A stretch of DNA of 64,000 nt from Octopus vulgaris (taxonomy: Eukaryota). This document shows, piece by piece, positions 42,326 to 57,773 of this stretch. The stretch covers positions 32,860,001-32,924,000 of the forward strand of contig OX597832.1 of NCBI GenBank assembly GCA_951406725.2, written 5' to 3'. Position 1 is the first letter of the stretch, and every line of letters starts with the position of its first letter. The position numbers were made by a program, and so were the translations under genes. Below the pieces are notes generated by a model. The model did not search any database. It saw only the letters and a program-made list of their open reading frames with translations, and was not told the DNA's origin.

Positions 42326-42357
<32 letters not shown>

Positions 42358-43884
42358 CATAACTGAAATAAGTAAAAATAACACTCGTAGATGATGAACG
42401 GAACGGCTCTGAAATCGTTGGAGATAAACCCTACAAAATAATACATTTGAAGCCAATAAGTGATATTGATTTAATTATTGTGTTGAGTAGGGAAACAAAA
42501 TCCGGCGTCTTTTACACATACCATGTCCCTCCCTCCTCCCCCGTTACCTTGTTACTTGTTTACTTGTTTATTCAAATTAGTCCTTTCTAAACGCACAATA
42601 TCTATGATGGTATTTTTCATGGTCAAGCCTACTTTCCGTCGAATGTGAATCCTTTTTATTGCAAGTTTTACTTGACTATTCTAACATTTCCCTCTTTGTT
42701 TTTCTGTGTATGTTTTTTCTACCTTCAAACCAGCTCTAAATGGCCATATCTCTATTAGAATTTTTTTTTTCTACTTATCGCATCTTTTTCATTGTGATAT
42801 TTTCCAATGTATCCATTATGTTCTAATACATGAATGTTGTAATTTCAGAGAAAATTCACTATTTCTTCTAGCAGGTATAATACTATGCTAGAAAGTTTGA
42901 ATCAGTTGTTATCTCACTTGTGTAGATATGTTGCATTAATTATATTGTAGTTCATTATTTATTATTAGTTTAATGCTTCTAAACCTATAACTAGATTTCG
43001 CCAGTTGTTTTCGCGTCTCATGTAGTCGCAACGTCGATGCCATCTTATCCCGGCCAAACTTTCACCAATTGTTTATCAAAATTGCAGGAGCTAGAAGGCG
43101 GGAAAGTGGCGCTACCAACCGGACGACGGTTATTTGCAGCTAAGTTGAATGGAGTAACGCGATACGAAGTACCATGCTCAAGTAAAATCCCTGCTCACGG
43201 ATTGAACCCACAATCTTAGTTTTATGAGCATTCTAACGTACATTTTTGTTTTGTCTCTTGGCAAAGATTTTTTATGTTAGTGAAATATTATTGTGTCTCA
43301 GCTCCGAGGTCCACATTTCACAATTCGTTTTGTGAATATTTACCGTCTGTTTCCTCCTAGGTCAGTGACTTTTTGTTATTTGTTTTGCATCTGATCACGC
43401 GCATGTGCAATTCTTACTCGGGGTGGACATAGACTATTCATTCATTGTGCCAAGGGATCGATAAGACCCCATCACAAACATTCAATTACAGGGTGTCGAT
43501 TGATTGAATAATCGAACAGAAACCCAGCCTGCATTTGTGGTATTGTGCCAAAGATATCAATCATTATGACTATTTTTAATCAGTTTGGTAAATATTACAA
43601 ATTTCAGCCAATGTTAAGAATCCATATTGTAGAAATCAATAAGGAATAGCAAAAAAGAGCCTTGCATAAGAGATTGTAATGCAAATAAACTGCTGTCGAT
43701 TTTAATTTGGCACCAGGCCACATATTCTGTAGGGAAGCCTGCAATGTGATTGTGTAATATTAAAAGTTGTATTAATATTCTTGTTGAAATTGAAGTAAAA
43801 ACCAAAAACAAGCTCACTTCATCAGCTGATCCATTAGACGGACATTATAAAGGAAGGTTATGGTGTTGATATTATTACTGTTTT

Positions 43885-44100
43885 GCCGGCAGAATCGTTA
43901 TTGTGATGAAACAAATGCGCTTTCCTATACGTTCCGGTTCTTCACATTCTAAGTTCAAATTCTCTCTGAGGTTAGCTTTGCCTTTCAGCCCAAGGGGGGT
44001 GGGCAAAAAATAAAGAAACAGTCAAATAGAGAGATCGATTGTTTCGATTAATCTCTTCTCTTCAACATTGTTGTGCCTTCTGTCGAAATTAGAAACAATT
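43885..44100 (+). mobile_element. Degenerate SINE family B
   Basis: ggcagaatcgtta...aagttcaaattctctctgaggttagctttgcctttca. Confidence 0.65.
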
Positions 44101-44845
44101 ATTTTTTGGGGAACTTACTGAGCAGATATATAAGAAACGTAATTCCAGCCATGACTGTGTCGTTTAGGCAGAGTGTATATACAACAGAAATAGTTAAAAT
44201 GTCACGTTTACTGAGCGAAGACTGCAATTAGAAGGTGTTTAGTTACTTTATTTAGCACATCGCTCGACTGCAAAGAAACCGTCATTATTGTCAGTCTCCA
44301 ATGCCATTGAAGGTTTAGAGAAACAGCAATTGAAATTATTTAACAAATATGAAAGGAAGATAAAGATTGCGACAAGGGTACGGAATTAGAAATTTTAATG
44401 CAGATGAAGATGATGTCCTACTGAAACAAATGACACTTATTATATTTGCGACCAATGTATAATATGCGTTTCTTATTCATATATTTATCAAAACCCAAGG
44501 ATGGTCTTATATGCCACGGCCTGAATAATTTATTCAAATGATATTCTTACTGACGCACTTTCTTGCCTATAGATTTATGAAATTTAGGCGAAGATTTAGG
44601 AAACAACAGATATTTCTTAAATTGTCGCTCCTTATAGTTTATGCGAAATAAAATATTTATATGAGATTAATTTACGTCGGTTGTTATCTGGTTTATATTT
44701 ATGGTAAGGCCAGATTGGAATCAACAACTCTATTACTTGCATATTTTAAGTGCAATAGTTTTCGAACACATTCAGAGAAATATGGATTTGTCTTGAATTT
44801 AATATTACCCACGTTATCGAAAATTTATCTATCTGTTTATCTATC

Positions 44846-44978
<133 letters not shown>

Positions 44979-45380
44979 GACTGTATGTCTGTCTGTCTAT
45001 GTATGTACATATAAACTTAGATAAACCTAGATAAACTTAGATATGTTTCGACCAAAGATTGGCCCAGGTTATGTCAAGCCAAGTTTTGTTTAAGGTCCAT
45101 TCAAGTAGTGAGTTTTTGTTGAGTAAGTTGTATCCAGGTCTCGGTGGCTTATCCGGTATTCCTTGAAGAAATCTATCTAGACTCTGTTTAAAGTAGATGG
45201 GATCCTTTTACACTTTGATCTCTTTCGGCGCAATATATACACATACATGCAGATATACCTATATTTATGTATGTATATGAGAAAATTCATATAAATATAT
45301 GCATGTACGTATATAAACATATTTATATATGTATATATATGTGTGTGAGTGTGTGTGTGTGTGTTTGTGTGTGAGTATGT

Positions 45381-45437
<57 letters not shown>

Positions 45438-45503
45438 TAGTTAGATAGATAGGTAGGTAGGTAGGTAGGTAGGTAGGTAGGTAGGTAGGTAGGTAGATAG
45501 ATA

Positions 45504-46298
45504 ACTTTCTTTATTGGCCACACAGGGCTGGACACAGAGGGGACATTTACAAATGTAGAGCTTTTCTTTTCGGAGATGGAAAAAGAAAAAGAAGAGAAAA
45601 AATGGAACAAATGTAAAATTCCGATCAAAAGGGACCAGAAGAAAGAAAAAAGCGATCAAAATGGATCGTGTATCACAGAAAAAAATTTTTTTTTTTCAAA
45701 GTAACAAACAAGATTAGGTTCATCCGTGGAAAGAAAATCCTACAGAAAAGACCACGGTAACCTCAGGCAGGGTGGAAATAAACACATGTGAGCAAAGTGC
45801 TCTCTCTCTCTCTTTTACGATTTACAGGATCATGCTCAAAGTGGTTTCGTCGCTCGCACGCACCATCTTTGCTACATTCACCCACCTTTTTTTTAAACTT
45901 TCACGAGACAAAACCTGCCTCTCCATTCTCACCTTCCTTTTCAAGTGGTACTTGAGAAAGTTGATGAGCGATTGGCCAGAGAGGTAAGTGTTTGTCTCCA
46001 ATCCTTTCGCTCGAGTCCACCACACACATTCTTTCACCATAGCCACCAGTACGATGAGAACTGCCTTGCCTTCCCGGTTGAGGGAAGAGGGCGGTGCAAA
46101 CACCAGGACAGACTCGGCCGACAGGCGGACTTGTCCCACACGCGACAGCAGCCGTTCGACATAAGCCCACAGGTCCGAAATAGATGGACACTGCACGAGT
46201 GCGTGCAGAACGGTTTCGTCGCTCTGACCGCATCTCGGGCAAGTCGGTCCAGTGTGTCTCGAACCGTGCCTGTAGAGCTTATCCCGAACAGGTAATGC
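45504..46298 (-). mobile_element. 5'-truncated Tx1/L1-type LINE 3' end inserted in (TATC)n
   Basis: ALPVRDKLYRHG...CPRCGQSDETVLHALVQC (zf-RVT CCHC), stop at 45822, 3' UTR with aataaa, tandem tetranucleotide tracts on both sides. Confidence 0.9.
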
Positions 46299-46299
46299 T

Positions 46300-46373
<74 letters not shown>

Positions 46374-46954
46374 GGATGGATGGATGGATTGATGGATGGA
46401 TGGATGGATATAGACAGATAGATTAATAGATAGATGCACACATACATGTATATGTATGTACTTATGTGTTTCATTGTAAATAGTTGGACATTGCTGTAAA
46501 CACATGTATCCGTCTATATTCTGGCGCACATTGATATTCGTGTGAAAAAGAGTGTGTTTGTGTGGGTAGAAGTAAGTAAATCTATGTTTGTGATTATGTG
46601 TGTCTAAGCCAGTGCGCACTGACATTATTTGAATGTCGGTAATTTCAAATATAAAACTCCTTTAGATGAAGAACAAATTCCATTTCAATAGCAGTAGGAG
46701 ACGATTAATGGTGTGCAAATATGTCTGATCTACAACTCTATGGTGGTTAGTCTATAACTATAAACTTGCAACTGTGTATACAGAGTAAACACCGAGGTCG
46801 CCATGTCAAATCAGTCAGATTTAAGTAAACATGACACCAACACTTACACACATATACTTACCTGCCAACTTAAACATATATATATAGAGAGAGAGAGAGG
46901 GAGAGACATATATACAAATATATACAAACATACATATATATAGATTATAAAACA

Positions 46955-47013
<59 letters not shown>

Positions 47014-47154
47014 AGAGAGAGAGAGAGAGAGATAGTTATATAAATGTACGATCAGTTACATATCTAGAAATCAGTCTCTATATATTTATATATTTACAGA
47101 TATGTATATGTATGCATACACACAGCACGCACATAAACACACACACACACACAC

Positions 47155-47232
<78 letters not shown>

Positions 47233-47740
47233 GTGAGGTGTATGCATGTAGGATTGTGTATATTGATTGTGCGTATATATATATATATATATATATATAT
47301 ACAAATATATATGTGTGCGCACACGCATGTGTGTACGCGCAGGTGTTTATTTATATTTCTATCCATGAACTTATATAATGATATATATATATATATATAT
47401 ATATATATCCAAATATCTACGCATACGTGTCCAACTATATAGAATCACACACAACTATGCAACAACACACCGCCACACACATAAACACATAAACTTACGA
47501 ACACATCCACCGACGCACGTATGTACGTATTTGATAGCATCTATATAAATTGGAGAGTGCGTGTTGGAATATATACGTAATGCAGTGTCGGAATTTGTGG
47601 TCCAAATCTGGTAAAACTCTGTGCAGATATGTGTTATATGTCACCTCAGATAAAGATAAGGTTATTTAGCATTTCTTGATTCGAGTTTGTTGTTTCTTCA
47701 GTTTACCTTACAGATTATTTATTTGTACTCAATCAATTAC

Positions 47741-47767
47741 CTGTTCCTGTGTTAACTGTTATCAATC
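47741..47767 (-). CDS. Candidate 27-nt micro-exon (xLITVNTGT, phase 1-1)
   Basis: Acceptor ttttatttcag, donor CAG|gtaatt, one open frame. Confidence 0.3.
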
Positions 47768-48872
47768 CTGAAATAAAATTTATCGCAATCTCTGCAGTAA
47801 TATCTCAGGACAAATCGGGGGATATGTCATTAATTTATGTCAAATAGGTAAACAACTTGTCACCTACCCAAACAATATATATTCAGGTAGATATGGCTGT
47901 TGGGAATCGGTCTATTCCATAATATCTTCATATGTTGAGTATGAAGAAGTCGGACGAAGAATTTGGTATTTATTATAGCGTCATTTCAATGATAAATACT
48001 TATAGAGATTTACTTGTCTGGCATCATGTATGTGGAAACTTAAATATCAACAAGCATTTCGTTCGGAACTTCTGCGCAATTTCTCTTACCGCTTGCTTTT
48101 AATTCGCAAATTTGCGTCGGTTTTAGTTTTGTACCGTAAGTTTTATCCAAATTATCCTCGGAAATATTCTAGCAGAGTGAGGACCGATGAACGCGTAAGG
48201 TATGCTACTATCATTGTACGTCTGTTCCCACTTTTTTGGGCTACATACTATCAAGGTGGGTTTTCATATGAAGAGGGTAGCATGGAGGTTCCCTATACGG
48301 GCTAAAATATTACTTTACCAGTCACAGTACCTTAAAGAAATATGGTCCATTTGATCCTTTCGGCTTTAACCTGCAACAAAAGACGAGTTAGTCATCAGAC
48401 TATATATTTTTCGTATAGAAATTTAATAAAAGGCTTCCAAATGAGGAAGCGTAGTGCTAGAAACACAAACAGGGATAAATTCGTCTTTTGTGCTAGGCCA
48501 CTGGTAATAATAATTTATTTTATTACCCTATTTGATTATGTTTAAATGTTGCTTGATAAATTTGTTCGTAAATCTTTTACCGGCATCTTCACTGTTCGCC
48601 GGGTATGATTTGCGTCTGCGCAGAGGTTTGAAAAGTTAGGATATACAAACCGTTAGATCTACATGTGCTTCTAACAGTCTGTGCGTCTCTGTGCGTCTAA
48701 GATTACGAAGGCTTCCCACTGAAGAACCTCGCCTGGCAAATATATTCTGTGTGTTTGCTAAAAAATAGGTAGAAACCGTTCGGTCTGGGATTTAGCTGAG
48801 ATGGTAAAGGTTTTTAATTTTCATTCCTTTCATGAATTTATCCCTTTTTGTATTTCTAGCACTACGCTTCCT

Positions 48873-48932
<60 letters not shown>

Positions 48933-49625
48933 ATAGCTAGAGATATATTATAGATATATGTTCGTATGTGTGCATGTGTGTGTTTATGTATTAATGTGTT
49001 CTTTGATAATCGCATCTATACGTGTGCTCTTACGCAAATATTAAATGCTATGGATAATTTTATTCCCAAATAAAATCACGTATTTTCAAATATCACCGAG
49101 AATGATGAAGAGTGTATCATATAACTCTTTATATCAGAAATTTGATGAACATTTCTGAGGTAATTGTACGTCTGCCGAAGAAATATCGTAATGTTGAGAC
49201 TCTTAATAATATTTGCAACAATTTCTCGAAATTATCATTCTCATCTGTAACACAATGGTTACAAAAGACAGGCAAACTTGGATGGAGTAGTGTAAAGTCA
49301 TATCCAAACGTGTGAAATATCCTGAAGCGGTAGATTATAATTTGGAAGTTAATATGAGAAGATAAAACGATTGAAAGGACAACATGTGTGGCTCAACGTT
49401 TATAAATTTCGATGATTCAGCTGCGACTCCTTCTCCGATCAATGAAAATTAATTAACGTCTTTCATAACTGAGAATTTCAAATTGTGAATGGCTTTCGTT
49501 TTCTATGCCACAAATATGGTAATTAAGTATCTGTGTCTCATTAAATATATAAATAAGTATATATGTATAACTTATACACACACACACTCACACACATACA
49601 CACATACACACACACACACACACAT

Positions 49626-49658
<33 letters not shown>

Positions 49659-50073
49659 ATTAATCAATATAGGGTGGCAATTGATTAATTATGAATTTTC
49701 TGGTTAATTCCGTAATGGAATCGGCGGCTTATATTTATTTGCTGCCGATAAATTTGGCGCGAGTGCGACGATTTGAAAATTTTAGGTCAGATATTGACGA
49801 GGTAGCAATGAGAATGCCTCGTGAAAAATATCTGTTCCGGTTTGGCTATTTCTTACTGATGAATCTAAGGGCCTATGGTAGATTGGCTTGATTTAATTTA
49901 ATCAGGTTAGTTTTCCATTAAACAGAAGATGAAACGGTGCATCGTCTAAGAAATTACAGGGTAAATGTTTTTCAATTTTCTCCTGGTTTACGGAATTGAC
50001 GCTATTTTGCGGTTAAAGCTGTTGGCTGTTATTTCTAGTGGGTGAATGGCCTATTATGGCCGTTCCTTGATTG

Positions 50074-50114
<41 letters not shown>

Positions 50115-50789
50115 TACTAATATAGGATGAAGTTTTTTACAGAAAATAATTCCATCAAAAAAATGGCAGCATATTAAAATACCTTTAAAGACAGAGCGTG
50201 ATAGGGACATTTATAACGAGATACTTTGTGAAATATTCGCCTTCTTTCGGTCGGGAATTATCGGAAGGTTTTGCGTTTTTCGAGAAAAATCTTTTTTTCT
50301 ATTATTCCATCATATTTATTGCACCCTAAATGCATAAGCATTTCTTGCTACTCTAGGCCTCATTTTCCAAACTAAATGTTCAGAAACTTGCATTGTATTT
50401 GCATTTTGCAGTCTGCTGGTAATAGAAGCGAGAATGATACTAAGTGATATAATATTCAAACACTCGTCTAAAATTTTGTTTTGTCTCCTCTACTTTCATA
50501 ATACATTTTAGGCATGCTGTATTAGTGATTCCACTTATAACATGTATTCTGTCATTAATAAAACACTCGCGGCTTCTTTCGCGTCATTTTAATATATTTT
50601 TAAATGGAATTGTATGTAGGATGCTGGTTGATTTAAAATTATTTTTGTTATTCCCGACTGGTTTTTTTTTGTTGTTACATTAGAATGAATTTTACATTAT
50701 TGTGTAATAGAATAACATCTCATTAATAAAAATGCTTAAAAACGAAAACAACCTCGTCTTGAAAGCCAACTCCTACATACACAAACACA

Positions 50790-50824
<35 letters not shown>

Positions 50825-50979
50825 CTTCGCACATACTAACAGATATATGTTTGTACGTATATACATATATATTTTTTTATTTATTGTCATATATATATAT
50901 ATATATATAAATATATGCATGTATAAGTATGTTTACGGAGGTATATATATGCATGTATAAATATGTTTACGTGTGTATG

Positions 50980-51014
<35 letters not shown>

Positions 51015-51914
51015 GCATATTTTATATATATATATATTTTATATTATATATATATATATTTATATATATAGATATAGATAGATAAATAGATAGATGGATA
51101 TATTATATACATTTCCGTATATATGCGCACACACGTATACATACACACGCATCTTTATTGGTAGGTATGAATCATATAAGTGCGTTTAGTGTAATTTTTC
51201 CTGTAGCATGGCTAATTGTATAAGCTTTTGTATGCAATCTTGTGTGAGCTTGTTTGCATGTGTGTGTGTGTGTGTGTGTGTTTATGCGTGTATCCGCTTC
51301 TGTGCCTGCGTGTGTATGCCGCGCGCTTATTTCTGCCTCAAATAATTTCTACTCTATAAATTTTATTATGATTTTCAATTCAATTGCTTACACAGACTTG
51401 TGTTAAATATGAAGAAAAAAACAATGCATTGTAATTTTTATTTCATTTCGTTCTCAATATTATTATCATTTGTTAATGCATATTAATAAATGCTTTCCTA
51501 TACTTCGAGGTGCATAAACCTACGCATATCCAGCACAACACACACATTCACACATCGCATACTTCTGAAAACAAAAGCTATGCGTTTTTATGAAGTAAAT
51601 TAGAGGAATAGAATTTCACTTGCTTTGAAAGATGGAATATTGGGAGATATGTTTGGAAAGCACTTTGTTTGAACTTTTTACCTTCTCATATATCAATATT
51701 GGAAATGCGTATAGAAATGGAGTTGACGAATAGAGTTTAGTTGTCGTTGCTTAAGCCATACAATACACAATAAATATAATACAAACCTACTAGTATTCAG
51801 GTACTGTTGTTTTAAGTACATTGTTTGAAATATTTACATTTAATTAGAGTAAGTAAAAAATTACTTATGTTAAAGTATAAGTAGCAAGTATTAAAATTGT
51901 TTATATTACGGCAT

Positions 51915-52255
51915 AAGAAGCGGTAAAAAGCATGTGTTTTACAAAGCTTGCTTCCCTTAAGATGATTGCTTCCGGATTCAGTCCCATGGCATGGCAGCTT
52001 CGGATCAAACTAAGCATTTTGATTGGATTTCATAAAGGGGAAACGGAAAAAGACACTTCATACAAATGTGTGAGTGTGTGTGTGTGTGTCTTTCTTTCGG
52101 TACGCATTCGTCCCTCACTACCGCTTGATGACCGATGTTGGCGTATTTACGTTTCCGTAGATTAGCCTAAAACTAAAAGTCCTGGTATCGATTCCTTTGA
52201 CTAAATGTTTTCAAGGTGGTGCCCCTGCATAACTGAAACAAGCAAAAATGAAAGA
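51915..52255 (+). mobile_element. Degenerate SINE family A
   Basis: aagcttgcttccc...ggattcagtccc... and tail aactgaaacaagc. Confidence 0.75.
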
Positions 52256-52506
52256 CAGCGGCCGGCATTGCTAGATTTCCTCTTTAGCAACTGGAGTGGA
52301 GACGTTAGGACATCAAAACTGGTAGAAATGGAAGACACATCCGCCTCGAATGGCTGAATAACCACAACGTTACAATCATGAAAGTAACATCCAAATCACT
52401 ATGTCACGCATTTTAAGATGTCAGTATTTAGATATACAAACACACACATGTGCACATACACACGCATATATGCATGTATACAGACACATACTTATATATA
52501 TATATT

Positions 52507-52543
<37 letters not shown>

Positions 52544-52598
52544 ATAGATGGTGGGGTTGTGTTGACCGCACGTGGAGAAATGATAAGCAAGGAAAATT

Positions 52599-52876
52599 GT
52601 AAAAATGCAGAATGCTCAAATGAAAGAAAATTTTAATTAAATGAGAAATTGATAAAATATATAAAGATATATTTATTCAAACCGGTTTTCGTCATTGTAT
52701 GACTTGTCAAGAATATTTAGGTTAAAAAGTTTTTTAAAAATTAGAAAAGGGAAAAAAGAAAGTTGCATTGTTTTTTACAATGACGAAAACCGGTTTGAAT
52801 AAATATATATTTATATATTTTATCAATTTCTCATTTCATTAAAATTTTCTTTCATTTGAGCATTCTGCATTTTTAC
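52599..52876. mobile_element. Fold-back Penelope-like remnant (arms ~52599-52700 / 52776-52876)
   Basis: ~100-bp near-perfect inverted repeat; hammerhead motif overlapping the left arm. Confidence 0.85.
52674..52715 (-). ncRNA. Minimal hammerhead motif with compensated U3-A8 core
   Basis: tattc TTGACAA gtcat-aca-atgac GAAA accggt TT gaata. Confidence 0.75.
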
Positions 52877-52879
52877 GTC

Positions 52880-53024
52880 GTAACTGATTTCTACCGGTAA
52901 GTTAACTGGAGAAAGGTGAAATAAACTGTCTTGCTTAAGAACACAATACGCCATCCGGACGGGGAATCGAACTCACAACCTCACGTTCGTAAGCTCCACG
53001 CTCTAACCATTGAGTCATGCGCCT

Positions 53025-53025
<1 letters not shown>
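52880..53025 (-). mobile_element. tRNA-derived SINE family C head
   Basis: Minus strand A-box tgactcaatgg, B-box gagttcgattcc, then tgtgttcttaagcaagaca. Confidence 0.8.
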
Positions 53026-53075
<50 letters not shown>

Positions 53076-53657
53076 ATTATGTATGGATATATGTATAGGT
53101 ATTTATGTCTGTGCTTATGCGTGAAAAATGTCACATACGAAATATATATTAAATTCGATAGGATTTGAAATAAAAATAACCGAAAGATACTATTACATAA
53201 TTATGCAAAATACCCAACGAAGTTCAAAGTTAAATTATGCAATTTCAAAAGAAAAACCTCCTTTCTACATATACATTATACATACACACGCATAAAATCA
53301 CAAACGCATGAGTAGGCTCGCGAGCACCTACATACGCATCTACTTACGCATACACGCGCACAAATTCACAAAACTTAAAATCGGAAATAGTGAATTAACC
53401 GGAAACTTCATATACGTGGCATAGTAAAGCCTCGACTTTCAATAACTACTTTCAATAACTGAATTCAATAACTGCATTTTATATATATTTATTTTGATTG
53501 CGTTATGCACTCCAATAGATATAATCTAATATGTATGTTTGTAGACGTGATAAACTCTGATTACATCACCTGTATATACTGTCAGCATCACGTATATGTG
53601 TAGTTATATTTAATTATATACATACATAAATACACATACATGTACATAAATATTTAC

Positions 53658-53727
<70 letters not shown>

Positions 53728-53781
53728 GTCTATATACATACATACTTATATATATGTATATATATTTACAGAGAGAGAGAG

Positions 53782-53831
<50 letters not shown>

Positions 53832-54484
53832 GAATAATGATTTTGTGTGAGATTTGGGAGCCATTTCAATCAGGCTGGATGACTAAATTAACCGCCTTCA
53901 TTTTTTTCGTTATGTTTTTAAGTAGGAAGACTTCGCAATGGCCATGGTACTAAAAGGAAACGAAGCTACGACGATACGAAATATCTACGGAAGTCATGCA
54001 TGTTTCATATTATCAAAACTGCACTGTAAGCTTACTTTCATAATACAAACATGTTTTAATATCGAAATAAAAAATGGATTCACAGTAAATGTGTAGCTTT
54101 ATGACTGTCACAGAATGTACAATTGCCGTTGAGTATACATTAATATGGGACATAAATATGCTGCAATGTTTGAGCAGGTAAGCGCAGATGGTGTCGTATT
54201 TTACGTTTAGTTGGAAGGGAATACGTGCAGAGAATGTATTTGTGTGCGGGTGATGTGTAAATGTGTGTGTGTGTATTTCCAACGCTTAGCGCTATTATTA
54301 ATTTTTCTTTTTAATATTTTAAATTCAGATTCCACAGAACAATCTTATTTTTCTCAACAGTTTACTTCTTAAAATTTAGTGCTTTGAGTTACGTCGTAAA
54401 ATTACCTTTCATTCAAAACCCTTTAAGAAATCCAAATTAATACATCACTGCTTCATATGAATGTATAGTTATGTATTAGTATGC

Positions 54485-54554
<70 letters not shown>

Positions 54555-54901
54555 CGAAGTGTACAGTATTATATATACATTACGACACATCTTACGAATC
54601 GGTTGTGCTTTAAGTATTCTTCGGAGCGTTAAGTAACAATTCGATTATGTAACCCTGCGCTCATCAGGGGTAGCCGATACGTAATGATATATTGCGACTG
54701 CTCCCTATTGCTGGAGGCAAATAGACACATCTGATTTGTGGTTGCCGTGAAAAAGATTATGAAACGAAACGAGTAGGTGAATGAGTTATGAGTTACGTCC
54801 CTTAGTACCGAAATATCGCCACTGGGGTGGTTATGTTGCAAGCCGGTAAGAGTTTTCTGGAAAAGAGTGTCGGACGTGTATGTGTGTGTGTGTCTGTGTG
54901 C

Positions 54902-55447
<546 letters not shown>

Positions 55448-56604
55448 CATACATATGCATATATATATATACTTATATAGATAAATATATATATTCATGT
55501 AAATATACAATACTGGAGTCATGTATTTTAGTAAAGATGTTGCATATATGATCGTAAAATTGTGACCCCGATTCGTGGATTGGACTGTGTGTTGTGTTCT
55601 TCAGCAGATCCCTTCATTTCAAACTACACCAGTTTCACTCCCCTATGAGAACAAAATTTACTCTGCGGGTCTGTGTCCCAGCAAAATAGGACGGCTTTAT
55701 GAGATTACGGTTTGGGGAGAAACTTTGATCTCTTTTTCATACATAACACACATTTGACAAACTCAGTGGCTAATACTAACTCCAGTCCACGACAGACTCA
55801 GAAGATACTCATGATGCTGGGAATTTGAACTTACGGAGACAATATTTACATATCGCCTGAGGAATCCCAACTAGATCTCATAATGCAGGGCAATGGTTGC
55901 ATAATTAAGTACGTGCAAGCCTGCAGAACTCCGTTGCTTAGAAACAACTATAGTGTCGAATTGTATTTCTTCTTGGTGACTGCAAGTTTTTTCAATTATA
56001 TATATATATATATACAAATATTGCTAGTTTTATGACCATATAGACTCTTTGTATGATAATTAATACGAAAAACTTAGTAGTCGATTAAATGTCCTATAAA
56101 TAATCCAAAGTATTTCTCATAACTGGTTTTACTGAAGATGCAAGATATTGTCCATTCTTCTTTAAATATCTTTAAAAATATCGGAGCAGATCATGAATTA
56201 TAGAACGCAAAATTATCGACATTATGAAACATGATTTGATATTGGGCTGGACATGCTAATATTTACGCCTCAGTTAATTATCAGGGTGGAAATCTTGTAT
56301 GTATGAGTAGAATGCCGTAAAGCATCAGTGATCTTCGATGTTTGGGGACTTTATTTATGTTTTAATAAATATTTCTCAAATGTTGGAACACTTTTTTAAA
56401 AGACTTAGCAAACATTTCACAAAATATTTTTCTGCTTTTCCAAAGTTAAACCTACCAAAGCCTAGAATCGCCAGGGATGAGATATTTCTGCTGCAATTAG
56501 TGTTTCTGTGTTGATCGGGAATTATGCAATCTTAGAATCTTGTACGGGCGTTCTTCTAAACGATTATCCGTATCACTTCCTTGCTCAGCCCTTATAATCT
56601 GCGC

Positions 56605-56830
56605 GTTATCTCTCTATCTTTCATTTGTTTCATATATTGAACTGTGACCATGCTGGGGCACTGCCTTGAAGCATTCTGGCTTTACAATCGAACCTATTGC
56701 TTAACGGTTCCGTCTTCTACATATTCTTTAGAACTCTTTTACCGAAACACTATGTTCCATCGACGTAAACAAAGCGATACCGGTTGTCAAGTGGCGGTGG
56801 GGACAAACTGACAAAACGCATGCTTATCGA
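56605..56830 (-). mobile_element. SINE family A 3' part
   Basis: gactgtgaccatgctggggc-like and accggttgtcaagtggcggtggggacaaac motifs, reverse of the family A tail. Confidence 0.75.
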
Positions 56831-57714
56831 CACACACACACACACACACACAAACACGCAAACACACATGTATGCATCCATACATGCATATATGGCTGTA
56901 TAACGATATAGGCCAAACTACTAGATGTTGTAATATATCGCTGGTCACAATGCGCTTCCCATTGTTTGATCTTTTCAAACGACGTCACCCCAGTCGGAAG
57001 CCTATTCCGTCACAGTGTTACACATTTTGGGCAGACCCTTACTAGAACAACCTGAAATGGAGCCTATCATCTAACGGTCGTAAATGCAATACCCTATCCA
57101 CAGGGGCACTCGCCTTCACATCCATGTGAATGTGTGTGTGTGAGAGTGTATGCATGTATGCATGCATGTATGTATCTTATGTCTGTATACAACTTACATA
57201 CAATTAGCGTCGAAAATCCTTCACTCAAAATCCTTCAATCGGATTGGTGCTATAAACTGTTGGATGTAGATTCAATAAATTCATACAAATGCTGCATAAC
57301 ATAAATTTCAAATCTACGTTCGGAGTCAAGAGTCACAGCTCATGAAACTGAAACAAAAATGAACATTATATGAAAGCTTGTTGCGATTTCGCAATCTTAA
57401 ACAGCCACATAAGAGTCGTGAACCAGTGGAATGACGAGGAGGATGTTAGAAATGTCTAAGGTTTTTTCGCCTGACTCTATAGGATCTGAGTTCATACTCA
57501 ACGAAGGTAACATTTGACTTTCATCCCTTTCAGTTGGAGAAAATAAAGTGTCAGTCAAGTCTTCGATTTGCTGGATTCTATACTACCTTCTCTCAACTAA
57601 ATTGGTTGCCGGGAACTCTGCAACAGAACAAAATTGGTTGCCGGGTATCCTGTAAGGAAAATGATATAATCTCGGTTATTTGCCCGTCAAATTTAGTGGT
57701 TGGACAAAAAACAA

Positions 57715-57773
<59 letters not shown>

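Noticed and set aside
46299-46625. N-terminal extension of the 267-aa ORF 45822-46625
   Set aside because: Chance read-through of the (TATC)n flank; only 45822-46298 is LINE-derived.
49670-50327. Possible short TIRs tagggtggcaat / attgcacccta
   Set aside because: Too short and imperfect, with no transposase remnant recognised.
53435-53473. Short 13-bp tandem (also 18-bp at ~23826 and 10-bp at ~45012)
   Set aside because: Simple local slippage duplications; no spacers, not CRISPR-like.
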